From: an uncultured Poribacteria bacterium
GTDB taxonomy: Bacteria > Poribacteria > WGA-4E > WGA-3G
Reading direction: 5' to 3'
Assembly (NCBI GenBank): GCA_951828385.1
Contig: OX639973.1
Coordinates: 2,407,200 to 2,471,199, forward strand
DNA length: 64,000 bases
This document shows positions 19,273-29,148 of this stretch, piece by piece (within the stretch, counting starts at the first letter, position 1; every line of letters begins with the position of its first letter). The translations under genes were made by a program, and so were the position numbers. The notes beneath the pieces were generated by a model. It made no database searches. It saw only the letters and a program-made list of their open reading frames with translations, and was not told the origin of the DNA.

Positions 19273-21348
19273 ATGGGGAATCGACATTTGGCAGGAAACA
19301 CGGCTGACGGCACCGCCCTCATCAGAACTGATCCGTTGCTGAAACCTTACACTGCCCAACTGCGCGAGCGGTTTGCGCACTATCAACGTTTCAAAGCAGA
19401 GATTGAGAAAACGGGTGGTGTATTAGGCAAGATTAGCCAAGGACACCAATATTTCGGTTTCAACCGTGGCGAACACGAAGGCGAAACCGGGGTCTGGTAC
19501 CGCGAATGGGCACCCGGTGCGGAGCGGCTTGCGCTCATCGGCGATTTTAACGACTGGTCGCGCGATGCGAACCCGATGTCCGTTGATGATTGGGGTGTGT
19601 GGCACATCTTTTTGCCTGACAGCGAATATGCTGATCGGTTCACACACGGCAGCCGCGTCAAGGTGCATGTTGTCAGTAGGGACGAGGTGACCTCGCCCCT
19701 ACGTGGACTTGATCGGATTCCGGCATATATCCAGCGCGTCGTTCAGGAAGGCGATGCTGATTTCGCAGGTCAGTATTGGGCACCACAGCATCCGTATCAG
19801 TGGCAGCACCGTGCACCCGATTTTGACATCAACGCTGAAGGATTGCGGATTTACGAAGCGCATGTCGGCATGGCGCAAGAAGCAGAGAAGGTCGGAACAT
19901 TTGTTGAGTTTACGCAAAACATCTTGCCCCGAATTGTGGATTTAGGCTATAACGCTGTGCAGCTAATGGCGGTGATGGAGCATCCGTATTATGCGAGTTT
20001 CGGGTATCACGTGAGCAACTTTTTCGCTGTCTCAAGCCGTTTCGGAACACCGGAGGAGCTCAAGGAGCTCATTGATACGGCGCACAGTATGGGGTTGCTG
20101 GTTATCATGGATCTGGTGCATAGCCATGCGGTTAAAAATCTCAACGAAGGGTTGAGCCGTTTTGATGGCACGGAACATCAGTATTTCCACGCCGGGGCGA
20201 AAGGTGAACACGTCGCATGGGATTCGCTATGCTTCGATTATAGCAAATACGAGGTACAACGTTTTCTACTGAGCAATATTCGCTACTGGTTAGAAACCTA
20301 TCGGTTTGACGGATTCAGATTTGATGGTGTCACGAGTATGCTCTATAGCGATCACGGGTTAGAACGAGAGTTCACGGGCTATGCCGATTACTTTGACACC
20401 GATGTTGAACTGGACGCTATCGCCTACCTGATGTTGGCGAATGCGGTTGTTCATGCTGTCAACCCGGCTGCTATTTCGATTGCTGAAGACATGAGCGGTA
20501 TGCCCGGCCTTGCACGTCCTACCGAAGAAGGTGGACTCGGCTTCGATTATCGGCTTGCAATGGGGATCCCAGATTATTGGATTCGGTTGTTGAAGGAGAA
20601 ACAGGACGAAGCGTGGCAGATCGGCGAGATTTACGGTATGCTACGCGACCGCCGTGCAGGTGAAAAACACATCGCTTACGTCGAAAGCCACGACCAGTCG
20701 ATCGTCGGCGATAAGACGCTTGCTATGCAACTCATGGACACTGAACTCTACACGAACATGAGTGTTTCCACGACGAGCCATCTGATTTCTCGCGGCGTTG
20801 CGCTCCATAAACTCATCCGACTCCTGACGTTTAGTTTAGGTGGCGAGGGGTATCTGAACTTTATAGGAAATGAGTTCGGACACCCTGAATGGGTTGATTT
20901 TCCACGCGCAGGAAACAATAACTCCTACAAGTATGCGCGCAGGCAGTGGCACCTCGTTGAAGATGACACCCTCCGTTACAAACATCTCAACACTTTTGAC
21001 CGCGCGATGCAGCACCTCGATGCAACCTACCATCTGCTTGCTGATGCGGATATTCAACTTTTATGTATTCATGAGGAAGCGAAACAGATCGTTTATGCGC
21101 GGGGTGGACTCGTCTTTGCTTTCAACTTTCATCCGACTGAATCTGTTACGGATTGGCGTATCCCTGTGCCTGAGAAGACGGATTACCGACGCGTTCTCAA
21201 TACCGATGATACGGCATTCGGAGGCTACGGTGCTGTAGAGGGTGTCCATTATCCGTGGCAAGATGTTGCGATAGAGGGGCAGGCGCAATCGATTCAACTC
21301 TATGTCCCTGCCCGAAGTGCGCAGGTGTTAGTATCTGGTCATAAATAG
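19273..21348 (+). CDS. glgB: 1,4-alpha-glucan branching enzyme, GH13 (eukaryote-type GH13_8-like)
   Basis: GH13 catalytic regions FRFDGVTSMLY, GNEFGHPEW, ESHDQS and DLVHSHA. The length of about 690 aa is typical of eukaryote-like branching enzymes. Confidence 0.75.
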   Translation: MGNRHLAGNTADGTALIRTDPLLKPYTAQLRERFAHYQRFKAEIEKTGGVLGKISQGHQYFGFNRGEHEGETGVWYREWAPGAERLALIGDFNDWSRDANPMSVDDWGVWHIFLPDSEYADRFTHGSRVKVHVVSRDEVTSPLRGLDRIPAYIQRVVQEGDADFAGQYWAPQHPYQWQHRAPDFDINAEGLRIYEAHVGMAQEAEKVGTFVEFTQNILPRIVDLGYNAVQLMAVMEHPYYASFGYHVSNFFAVSSRFGTPEELKELIDTAHSMGLLVIMDLVHSHAVKNLNEGLSRFDGTEHQYFHAGAKGEHVAWDSLCFDYSKYEVQRFLLSNIRYWLETYRFDGFRFDGVTSMLYSDHGLEREFTGYADYFDTDVELDAIAYLMLANAVVHAVNPAAISIAEDMSGMPGLARPTEEGGLGFDYRLAMGIPDYWIRLLKEKQDEAWQIGEIYGMLRDRRAGEKHIAYVESHDQSIVGDKTLAMQLMDTELYTNMSVSTTSHLISRGVALHKLIRLLTFSLGGEGYLNFIGNEFGHPEWVDFPRAGNNNSYKYARRQWHLVEDDTLRYKHLNTFDRAMQHLDATYHLLADADIQLLCIHEEAKQIVYARGGLVFAFNFHPTESVTDWRIPVPEKTDYRRVLNTDDTAFGGYGAVEGVHYPWQDVAIEGQAQSIQLYVPARSAQVLVSGHK

Positions 21349-21356
21349 TATTTGTT

Positions 21357-21385
21357 TTGACAATTAGATCTTTATGTGATATAAT
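21357..21385 (+). promoter_or_regulatory. Perfect sigma70-type promoter TTGACA-17-TATAAT (with TG extended -10)
   Basis: ttgaca attagatctttatgtga tataat, 19 nt upstream of the 21404 ATG. Confidence 0.6.
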
Positions 21386-21403
21386 AGCCATAAGTTATAG
21401 ACA

Positions 21404-21880
21404 ATGCAAAAACGCATCTACATTGAAACAACAATTCCAAGTTCTTACTATACGTTGCGAACCGATGAAGAATCACTTATTAGACAGAAATTGACTCGGC
21501 AATGGTGGGATGAATATGCTAATCTTTTTACCCTGACTTCAAGTACTGCTGTGATTGATGAACTTGTGGAAGGCAGCAGGCAAGTAACATTAGATCGGCT
21601 TGCTTTACTTGATAGTGTTGAGATGTTTAATCCTACAGTTGAGAGTGTACAAATCTCGCAGATTTACATTGAAAAATTGATAATGCCGCAAAAACCAGGA
21701 GGTGACGCGCTTCACTTAGCGATTGCATCGTTTCATCAAATAGATGTAATTCTTACATGGAATTGTATGCACCTTGCTAATCCTAATAAATTTGATTTTA
21801 TCGCTCGGATCAACACGGAATTGGGTTTAACAACTCCAGAATTAAAAACACCGCTTGATTATTTAGGAGGGATTACATAA
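21404..21880 (+). CDS. Hypothetical protein, possibly PIN-like nuclease fold (candidate toxin)
   Basis: Weak VapC-like pattern: IYIETT at the N-terminus, DALHLAIA in the middle, and ILTWNCMHLAN near the C-terminus. It overlaps the next ORF by 1 nt. Confidence 0.3.
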   Translation: MQKRIYIETTIPSSYYTLRTDEESLIRQKLTRQWWDEYANLFTLTSSTAVIDELVEGSRQVTLDRLALLDSVEMFNPTVESVQISQIYIEKLIMPQKPGGDALHLAIASFHQIDVILTWNCMHLANPNKFDFIARINTELGLTTPELKTPLDYLGGIT

Positions 21881-21881
21881 A

Positions 21882-22118
21882 ATGGTAAAGCGAGAGGATC
21901 TATTAAGACCAGAAATGAATGAAGTCGTTAAGGAAGTTCGCGAAATGCGGATGAAAATTTCAGAAAAATGCGGACACGATCTTAATCGTTTATTTGCATA
22001 CTACCAAAAAGTAGGTGAGGAAATGCGGAAGTCCGGTAAGTATAAGTTCGTCAATCCGGAACCGCCTGCTGAGAAACCCGCGCCCACAGAATCGCCTCGT
22101 GGTGAAACTGCAGATTAA
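21882..22118 (+). CDS. Hypothetical small charged protein, translationally coupled to the 21404 ORF
   Basis: 78-aa ORF starting 2 nt after the upstream stop. Confidence 0.25.
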   Translation: MVKREDLLRPEMNEVVKEVREMRMKISEKCGHDLNRLFAYYQKVGEEMRKSGKYKFVNPEPPAEKPAPTESPRGETAD

Positions 22119-22339
22119 GATGTTGTATTACCTTTGCCCGAATACGTGCCGTATGGACGGTGTTTTCCTCCTCGGAAAACTAGGGCCAGCCAACCGTGAC
22201 CTCTATCGCTACGGTATGTCTATGTTGGGTTGCTGGAGCCAGACACTCCAGCTTTTTTTATACGTGCATTTCGTGATAGGCGCGCTGCTGACACGGTTTG
22301 TAGCCGCGTGTCTTGAGCGCGCCAAACCGAAACTTTCTA

Positions 22340-23224
22340 TCACGTCGTATTATTATCCAATGAATACTCACGGTTTCCACCGGGCCCGCCACCGATTGCC
22401 CATGTACCACGGAACAACGATTGCCGCTTCGGTGGCATCGTTTCGATGACTTCATGGCTCAGGTTCAACCGATGCCACTGCGCCCAAATGGAGTTATAGC
22501 AATTGAAAACCGCGCATCGGGGGTTTGAAGGATTCGTCCAATCATTCGCGGCATGCACAAGGCTTTCAGTGAAAATGACAACAGAACCCGGTGGGCAGCT
22601 ATAGTCGTCCATCATCTCGCGCATGCTCCCCTCCCAAGGCGATTCGCCGATATTCGGTCGATACTTGTCGGGACCGCCGTAGTTGAAATGCGCTTTATGG
22701 GACCCACTGAGGAAAGAAGTAGCACCTTGTCCTGCCTTCACCTCTTCAAGTTCCCAAACGACGCGCGTCAACCCCGCGAAGATCTTTCCACCAGCCACCT
22801 GATACCGCATCGCATTTGCCTGTTGTGGTGGACGCACGACGTGTGGTAGCCCGTTATCGCCGCGTTCGGATATGCTCCAACCGGGGGGACGAACCGTCGT
22901 GAAAGACCCTTCACATCGGAATCCGTAGCAGTCGTCGCGCACAAAAGGATCCTCGGACAGAATCTCATTCAGAACGCCGACAATTGCTGGATGGTCGAGC
23001 AGACTCTGTAGGGCACCTTGATAACTCTGTCTCGCACCTGCATACACTTCCGCTTTCATCTCTTCGATTTCTGAGTCCGATAATATTGATGGCAATAAAA
23101 TCCAACCGCGGAGATCGAAGAAGAATTTCTGCTCCGGTGTCATCGGAATCGTTGCATCATTTGATGTTTCTTTTGCCATTGAAATCTCCTTCATAGTTAT
23201 TAACAAGCTCTCTATGAACCACAA
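22340..23224 (-). CDS. Phytanoyl-CoA dioxygenase (PhyH)-like Fe(II)/2OG oxygenase family protein
   Basis: N-terminal L..EQKFFFDLRGWILLPS and C-terminal SGSHKAHF resemble the PhyH family. It is about 75% identical to its tandem neighbour. Confidence 0.5.
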   Translation of the reverse strand: MWFIESLLITMKEISMAKETSNDATIPMTPEQKFFFDLRGWILLPSILSDSEIEEMKAEVYAGARQSYQGALQSLLDHPAIVGVLNEILSEDPFVRDDCYGFRCEGSFTTVRPPGWSISERGDNGLPHVVRPPQQANAMRYQVAGGKIFAGLTRVVWELEEVKAGQGATSFLSGSHKAHFNYGGPDKYRPNIGESPWEGSMREMMDDYSCPPGSVVIFTESLVHAANDWTNPSNPRCAVFNCYNSIWAQWHRLNLSHEVIETMPPKRQSLFRGTWAIGGGPGGNREYSLDNNTT

Positions 23225-23299
23225 CTGTTATAAATCGGGGTTACAAACCCCTCCTACAAGAACGCTCACACATAGGTGGCAACTTAATTGCTCTCAGAA

Positions 23300-24169
23300 C
23301 TATGTGGTGTTATTATCCAATGAATACTGGCGGTTCCCGCCGGGACCACCACCAATTGCCCATGTTCCACGGAATAAAGATTGGCGTTTCGGCGGCATCT
23401 TTTCTATAACCTCATGACTTAGATTCAACCGAAACCATTGCGCCCATATCGAGTTGTAACAATTAAACACAGCACAACGCGGATTGTCAGGGTTCGTCCA
23501 GTTGTTGGTAGCATGTACAACGCTTTCAGTGAAAATAAGCAGCGACCCAGGCGGACAACTATAGTCCTCCATCATATCCTTTATCTTATTCTCCCAACGG
23601 GATTCACTAATATTCGGACGGTACGGGTCGGGTCCACCATAGTTGAAATGCGCCTTATGAGACCCACTCAAAAAAGTAGTACCTCCCTGTCCAGCTTTCA
23701 CCTCTTCAAGTTCCCAAATCACACGTGTGAGTCCTGCGAATATCTTTCCACCGGCGACCTGATACCGCACTGCATTTGCTTTTTGTGGAGGCCGTACGAC
23801 ATGCGGCACCGCAGTACCACTATCAGAAGCAGTGCTCCAGCCGGGTTTCCTGACGGTCGTAACCGAATTCTCACATCGAAAGCCGTAGCAATCGTCAAAA
23901 ATAAAGCGTTCATCAGCAAGGATTTCGTTGAGAATACCGACAAGAGCAGGATGATCCAGTAAATTCTGGAGTGCGCCTTGATAACTATGTCTGGCACCTG
24001 CATAGACTTCCGCTTTCATCTCTTCGATTTCCGACGCTGATAATACCGATGGCAATAAAATCCAACCCCGTAAGTCGAAGAAAAACTTCTGTTCAGGGGT
24101 CATCAATTTCTCTCCCGGAGACAACGGCATTGGATCATTAGAATCACGGACCTCTTTCATAACAATCAA
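23300..24169 (-). CDS. Phytanoyl-CoA dioxygenase (PhyH)-like protein, tandem paralog
   Basis: Near-colinear with 22340..23224, with the same motifs. Confidence 0.5.
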   Translation of the reverse strand: MIVMKEVRDSNDPMPLSPGEKLMTPEQKFFFDLRGWILLPSVLSASEIEEMKAEVYAGARHSYQGALQNLLDHPALVGILNEILADERFIFDDCYGFRCENSVTTVRKPGWSTASDSGTAVPHVVRPPQKANAVRYQVAGGKIFAGLTRVIWELEEVKAGQGGTTFLSGSHKAHFNYGGPDPYRPNISESRWENKIKDMMEDYSCPPGSLLIFTESVVHATNNWTNPDNPRCAVFNCYNSIWAQWFRLNLSHEVIEKMPPKRQSLFRGTWAIGGGPGGNRQYSLDNNTT

Positions 24170-24197
24170 ATCCTTTTATCGGTAAACTGTCCAAATA

Positions 24198-26042
24198 TTA
24201 CAATGCCTGTTTCAATCCAGGCAAGAAATAATCCTTAACGACAACCTCCCAGCTCATCCGGGAGGCGATGTCGTAGCCTTCTCGCAGCATATCCTCTACG
24301 TCACGGGGTTTACGCGGCAAACGTCCTAAGAGTTTCGCAGCGATGTCCCGACTATTTTCCATTTCAATGGCGTTCCGTTCTGCTAAGCCGATATGCAGCA
24401 CATCGTCTAACGACTTCGGTGGAATCTGTAGCTGCGTATAGTCGGCAACGACAACATTCGGGACTTCGCGGTTGTCGGTGGCACGTTGAATGAAACCGCA
24501 ACATCCACACACATTGCTAACGACGCAAATTGCGCCGAAACTCAACGGCTCCACTTGGGCGATCCCGAAGGGTTCATAAATAGACTGCCCAAATTCCGCA
24601 TCACTCCCCTTGCGGATGTCCATAAATTCCATCTCTACCGGCATCCGTTTTCCGCAAGTGGCTTGGCTCCAGCCAAACTGATTGACAAAAATCACTTTGA
24701 TCGCCTTAGATTGTAGGTTGAAAGCGGAGACACCGTTGTTCAATTCGATTTCTGCGCCGACCAAATCCGGATAACCGATTTTATGATACATGGGCCAGCC
24801 GTATGCTTCCTCCATTTCGAGAATACTTTTGTTCGTTCGCCCGGTCGCAATTTCTGTGGAGAGGATGAACAGCACAGCGGTTTTATCGTTAGAAGCGAGC
24901 AAGGCATCAAGATGCATGAGTACCTGTAAATCGCGCCACAAGCCTTTGCTTTTAACGAGCCGCGTTACGTGTGTGAAAACGTAATCGGGGCGATAATCTA
25001 ACAGCGTTTTCGCATATTTTTGGAGCAGTGCCTTTGATGTCAATTTTTCCTGCAGGCTCACCTCAAACGCAGGGATGCCGTTGTAAACAAGGTTAATCGG
25101 AAAGTCCTCAAACGGTTTTGCTAAGAATCGGAGTTCGTCTACGACGAGATCGCCAACGGCGAAGATGGTATCACAAAGGTGTGCTTTATCAATCAAGGCG
25201 TGCTTGAAGTACCAGAACGGATCGTCGAAAACATCGCGGATGGATTGCCCTTGCGCTTTTGCCTGATCTAAGGCGTTGTAAAAACGGACATCGTGTCCCG
25301 GGTGTCCTTCAACAATAGGACGGACCGTTGCTACTTCGTGCGCGTAGAAGACCGTACGCATATTCTGCGCCCCACCTACACCACCGTTGTTTTTCCGTTC
25401 AATAAGCACCTTGAGCGCAAGGGGCATGCCCATGAATTCGTGCGAGATGATAAACACAGGGGTCGTTGTCTCTTTACCGATCATTGCCTGCAGCGCAGCA
25501 TAAGCGGGTTCGGCGAGACGTACATATTCCTCGAATTCCCATTCGCTCTCATAACGACTGGATTCGATTTGGAAGTGTTCATAGAGTTGCCATTTGAATT
25601 GTCCAGTCAGTGCTTCGTTGCTGCTGGATACGTTCACCAAGACGACATCCGTGAGGATTGTAACTTTCTGATTTTTGTCCTCAAATTGCCGTTGTCCATA
25701 GACGAGTTCTACATGATAGGTCTGTTCAATCTCGCTGAGCGCCTTTGCGTGGGGTGTATCTGTTATCCCACTGCTCGCGTGGTAGAGGAGGGTATCTAAT
25801 CCCTCTAAATCGGCACCCGAAAAGAGGGGACCGACGAGAAAGGTGCGCTCAATCGCTTCATTGTAGCTGCGGGTTGTCAATAACCCTTCCAAAACTGCAC
25901 CGATGCCCCCCATTTTTTGGATGGCTTCGTGTGTGACGTGAACAACAATACTCAAATTTTTACCTCGTTTAGCGTTTTTTATATAGGCCTGCAAGTAAAG
26001 TCGTAAAAGAATAAAAAATAATAAAGACGGTTCAGTAATCAT
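24198..26042 (-). CDS. Glycogen synthase-like glycosyltransferase (GT3/eukaryote-archaeal type). The N-terminal start is uncertain.
   Basis: HEAIQKMGGIGAVL (like GT3 EVANKVGGIYTVL), FYAHEVAT, and YEPFGIAQVEPLSFGAICVVSNVCG (like YEPWGYTP..C..GVPSITTN). It is adjacent to the glgB, glgP and glgC genes. Confidence 0.6.
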   Translation of the reverse strand: MITEPSLLFFILLRLYLQAYIKNAKRGKNLSIVVHVTHEAIQKMGGIGAVLEGLLTTRSYNEAIERTFLVGPLFSGADLEGLDTLLYHASSGITDTPHAKALSEIEQTYHVELVYGQRQFEDKNQKVTILTDVVLVNVSSSNEALTGQFKWQLYEHFQIESSRYESEWEFEEYVRLAEPAYAALQAMIGKETTTPVFIISHEFMGMPLALKVLIERKNNGGVGGAQNMRTVFYAHEVATVRPIVEGHPGHDVRFYNALDQAKAQGQSIRDVFDDPFWYFKHALIDKAHLCDTIFAVGDLVVDELRFLAKPFEDFPINLVYNGIPAFEVSLQEKLTSKALLQKYAKTLLDYRPDYVFTHVTRLVKSKGLWRDLQVLMHLDALLASNDKTAVLFILSTEIATGRTNKSILEMEEAYGWPMYHKIGYPDLVGAEIELNNGVSAFNLQSKAIKVIFVNQFGWSQATCGKRMPVEMEFMDIRKGSDAEFGQSIYEPFGIAQVEPLSFGAICVVSNVCGCCGFIQRATDNREVPNVVVADYTQLQIPPKSLDDVLHIGLAERNAIEMENSRDIAAKLLGRLPRKPRDVEDMLREGYDIASRMSWEVVVKDYFLPGLKQAL

Positions 26043-26109
26043 ATATCCGTTGCGAAATTATAACACAATATTGAAATAGATGTCAAATTCGTGTCAGCGT
26101 CTATTACCC

Positions 26110-26138
26110 TTGACAACCTTACCGAAAGTAACTATAAT
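26110..26138 (+). promoter_or_regulatory. Perfect TTGACA-17-TATAAT promoter
   Basis: ttgaca accttaccgaaagtaac tataat, upstream of the 26247 ORF / glgP. Confidence 0.55.
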
Positions 26139-26246
26139 ATATCTTGAAACCTTGTGCGACATCTTTTGATTTTGTATAAGAAATTTTCGGCGTAAACTGC
26201 GCAAGGCATCGGTTAAAATGTATTCAAAAAACCCCTCAATTTTTAT

Positions 26247-26489
26247 ATGCTTTTGGAGGTAGCAATGTTAGAGAATATTGGAAGCGTAGCGGGTGCTATA
26301 TGGCACTACCTTGAAATTAACAACGAAGCCAGCGTTACAAAATTGACACGCGAACTCGGCGAGACCGAACGCACCGTTCTCATGGCGATCGGTTGGCTTG
26401 CCCGTGAAGGCAAATTAGATTTCGAGAAACGGAAACAGGGCACCTACATCACACTCAAAACACAACAACCAGACGCAGCAGCGGCATAG
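26247..26489 (+). CDS. Small putative winged-helix DNA-binding protein
   Basis: 80-aa ORF: ...TKLTRELGETERTVLMAIGWLAREGKL..., with HTH-like spacing. It lies 26 nt upstream of glgP. Confidence 0.35.
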   Translation: MLLEVAMLENIGSVAGAIWHYLEINNEASVTKLTRELGETERTVLMAIGWLAREGKLDFEKRKQGTYITLKTQQPDAAAA

Positions 26490-26515
26490 ATCTTGGAAGG
26501 AGAATGGAATTATAA

Positions 26516-29113
26516 ATGAAGCCACTTCGCCAACTAACAGTGGTGCCTACCTTACCCGCGAATCTTGAACCTCTGCGTGAACTTGCTTTAAACCTGTGGT
26601 GGACCTGGGACCGTGAAGCCTTGGATCTGTTTCATCATCTCGATGCGGAATTATGGGAAAAAACCTATCATAACCCTGTCGCGATGCTCGGTCAGATCTC
26701 ACAAGAACGGTTGGATGCGACTTCAAAAAACAGCGTGTTCCTTGCACGGCTTGAGGTCATCCACAAGAAGTTTAGAGAATACCATAAAACCCCTGCATGG
26801 TTTGAGACAAATTACAAAGATGGGACGCTCAGCAACTTAACAATCGCCTACTTTTCAATGGAGTACGGGTTGACAGAATGCATGCCACTCTACTCTGGTG
26901 GTTTAGGGGTCTTAGCAGGCGATCATCTAAAATCGACGAGTTACTTAGGACTCCCTTTCGTCGCAGTTGGACTGCTCTATCAACACGGCTACTTCCGCCA
27001 GACGCTTACGGCAGATGGCTGGCAGATGGCAGATTACCCAACCAATGACTTTTACAATATGCCGATTCAGCCTGTGAAACTTGCTGATGGGTCCCCACTT
27101 TTAGTGGAAGTCGAATATCCAGAAGGTCCAGCGATCGCCAAAGTTTGGTGTGCGCGAGTCGGCCGTGTCCCTCTATATCTGTTGGATACAAATATCCCCG
27201 AAAATCAGAACGAGGAATTACGGAGCATCACTGATTATCTATACGGTGGTGATGAACGTCTCCGCATCAAACAGGAGATTTTGCTCGGCATTGGTGGCTA
27301 CCGTGCCTTAACAGCCCTCGGTATCCAACCGACTGTCTGCCACATGAATGAGGGGCACGCTGCGTTCCTCGCAATTGAGCGTATCCGGCAGATGATGTCG
27401 CAGACAGGGGTACGTTTTGAAGAAGCCTGTGAGGCGACAAAAGCAGGCAATATCTTCACGACGCATACGCCTGTTCCGGCTGGTATCGACTGGTTTCCAC
27501 CCGATTTAGTCAATCACTACTTCAGTGGTTATTACGGCGAACTCGGTATCTCTACGGAAACCTTTCTCGGTCTCGGTAGAGCCAATCCATCGAATACGCA
27601 CAGTGAATTTAGTCCTGCACTCCTCGCACTCCGGCTCTCCGCGATGTGTAACGGCGTGAGCCAACTGCACGGAGAGGTTGCCCGCGAGATGTGGAAAGAC
27701 CTCTGGCCCGGTACGCCTGTACATGAAGTGCCTATTAGTGCCATTACAAACGGAATTCACACCCGTTCTTGGGTCTCTGGTGATATGCAGAGTCTTTTTG
27801 ACAGGTACCTCGGTCCCCGCTGGATTGTGGAACTCACGAATCAAGCGGTCTGGACACAAATCTCACAGATACCAGACCCCGAACTGTGGCGAACGCACGA
27901 ACGAAGGCGTGAGCGTCTGATTACGTTCGCGCGTCAACGGCAGGAACAGAAGCAGGCACTCGGGGGTAGCATTTCCAAGCGTCCGCAAGAGAGTGACACG
28001 ATGGCAACGAAAATTCTCAATTCAGCGGCGTTGACCATTGGCTTTGCGCGCCGGTTTGCGACCTATAAACGCGCGACCTTGCTGTTCCACGATGTTGACC
28101 GACTTGATAAGATTCTCAATCACCCGGAACGTCCGGTTCAACTCATTTTTGCGGGGAAAGCACACCCGCATGACTATGAGGGGAAGTTGCTTATCCAGCG
28201 GATCGCTCGGATCGCTGCAGAACCGCGGTTTTATCACAAAATCGTCTTCATTGAGAACTACGATATTTGTGTCGGACGGTATCTCGTTGAAGGTGTTGAT
28301 GTATGGCTTAACAACCCGTTACGCCCGAATGAAGCGAGCGGTACGAGCGGTATGAAAGCTGCTGCCAACGGAGTCCTGAATCTCAGCATCGCAGATGGCT
28401 GGTGGGCTGAAGCGAATCATTTGGGCGGTGGGTGGACGATTGACACGGGCCCCGTGCCAGAGGATTCCAAATCCACCAACAAAGCGCACGCCAATGCTAT
28501 TTACGATCTCCTTGAAAACGAGATTGTGCCGCTCTTTTACCAGCGTAGCCCGGTTGATGATGTGCCTCACGAATGGGTTGCCCGGATGAAGACTGCGATG
28601 CAGAATCTTGCCCCACTTTTCAATACGAAACGGATGGTGTCGGCGTACGCAGAACAATTATATTTTCCAGCGCATCGGCGTTGGCAAGAACTCAATGCCT
28701 CTGAGGCGAAACGCAGTATTGCCTTCGCGCGCTGGAAAACCCACATCCGAGACCACTGGCGGGACCTTCGCGTTGAGGAAAAGCATACCAATGCGAAAAC
28801 CGCTGCTGCACAAAACGCTGAGCTTGGGGTGGGTGAGTCCACGACGGTGCAAGCCGTCGTCCGAACCGACGTGTTGTTTCCGCACGAACTCGCTGTTCAA
28901 ATCTACCACGGTGTATTAGATGAAGCAGGCGAAATTCATAATGGGACTGTGAGTCCAATGCTGTATAAGGACGACCTCGGGAGCGGCACCTATCTTTTTG
29001 AAGGGATGCTGACCTTGAAACAGACAGGCTTGCACGGCTATACTGTGCGCGCCTTGCCCAACCATGAGGATCTGCAATCGCCGCACGAACTTGGGCTTAT
29101 AACATGGGCTTAA
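26516..29113 (+). CDS. glgP: Alpha-glucan phosphorylase (GT35, maltodextrin/glycogen phosphorylase type)
   Basis: N-terminal LWWTWD...FSMEYGL...SGGLGVLAGDHLKS and a lysine-PLP region ...GTSGMKAAANG.... Length 865 aa. Confidence 0.8.
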   Translation: MKPLRQLTVVPTLPANLEPLRELALNLWWTWDREALDLFHHLDAELWEKTYHNPVAMLGQISQERLDATSKNSVFLARLEVIHKKFREYHKTPAWFETNYKDGTLSNLTIAYFSMEYGLTECMPLYSGGLGVLAGDHLKSTSYLGLPFVAVGLLYQHGYFRQTLTADGWQMADYPTNDFYNMPIQPVKLADGSPLLVEVEYPEGPAIAKVWCARVGRVPLYLLDTNIPENQNEELRSITDYLYGGDERLRIKQEILLGIGGYRALTALGIQPTVCHMNEGHAAFLAIERIRQMMSQTGVRFEEACEATKAGNIFTTHTPVPAGIDWFPPDLVNHYFSGYYGELGISTETFLGLGRANPSNTHSEFSPALLALRLSAMCNGVSQLHGEVAREMWKDLWPGTPVHEVPISAITNGIHTRSWVSGDMQSLFDRYLGPRWIVELTNQAVWTQISQIPDPELWRTHERRRERLITFARQRQEQKQALGGSISKRPQESDTMATKILNSAALTIGFARRFATYKRATLLFHDVDRLDKILNHPERPVQLIFAGKAHPHDYEGKLLIQRIARIAAEPRFYHKIVFIENYDICVGRYLVEGVDVWLNNPLRPNEASGTSGMKAAANGVLNLSIADGWWAEANHLGGGWTIDTGPVPEDSKSTNKAHANAIYDLLENEIVPLFYQRSPVDDVPHEWVARMKTAMQNLAPLFNTKRMVSAYAEQLYFPAHRRWQELNASEAKRSIAFARWKTHIRDHWRDLRVEEKHTNAKTAAAQNAELGVGESTTVQAVVRTDVLFPHELAVQIYHGVLDEAGEIHNGTVSPMLYKDDLGSGTYLFEGMLTLKQTGLHGYTVRALPNHEDLQSPHELGLITWA

Positions 29114-29148
29114 CGGTATACCTCCGGTCTCTTGGGCGGGGGGTTTGC

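Noticed and set aside
19089-19307. 72-aa ORF upstream of glgB
   Set aside because: It is composed almost entirely of the direct-repeat leader sequence and is not protein-like.
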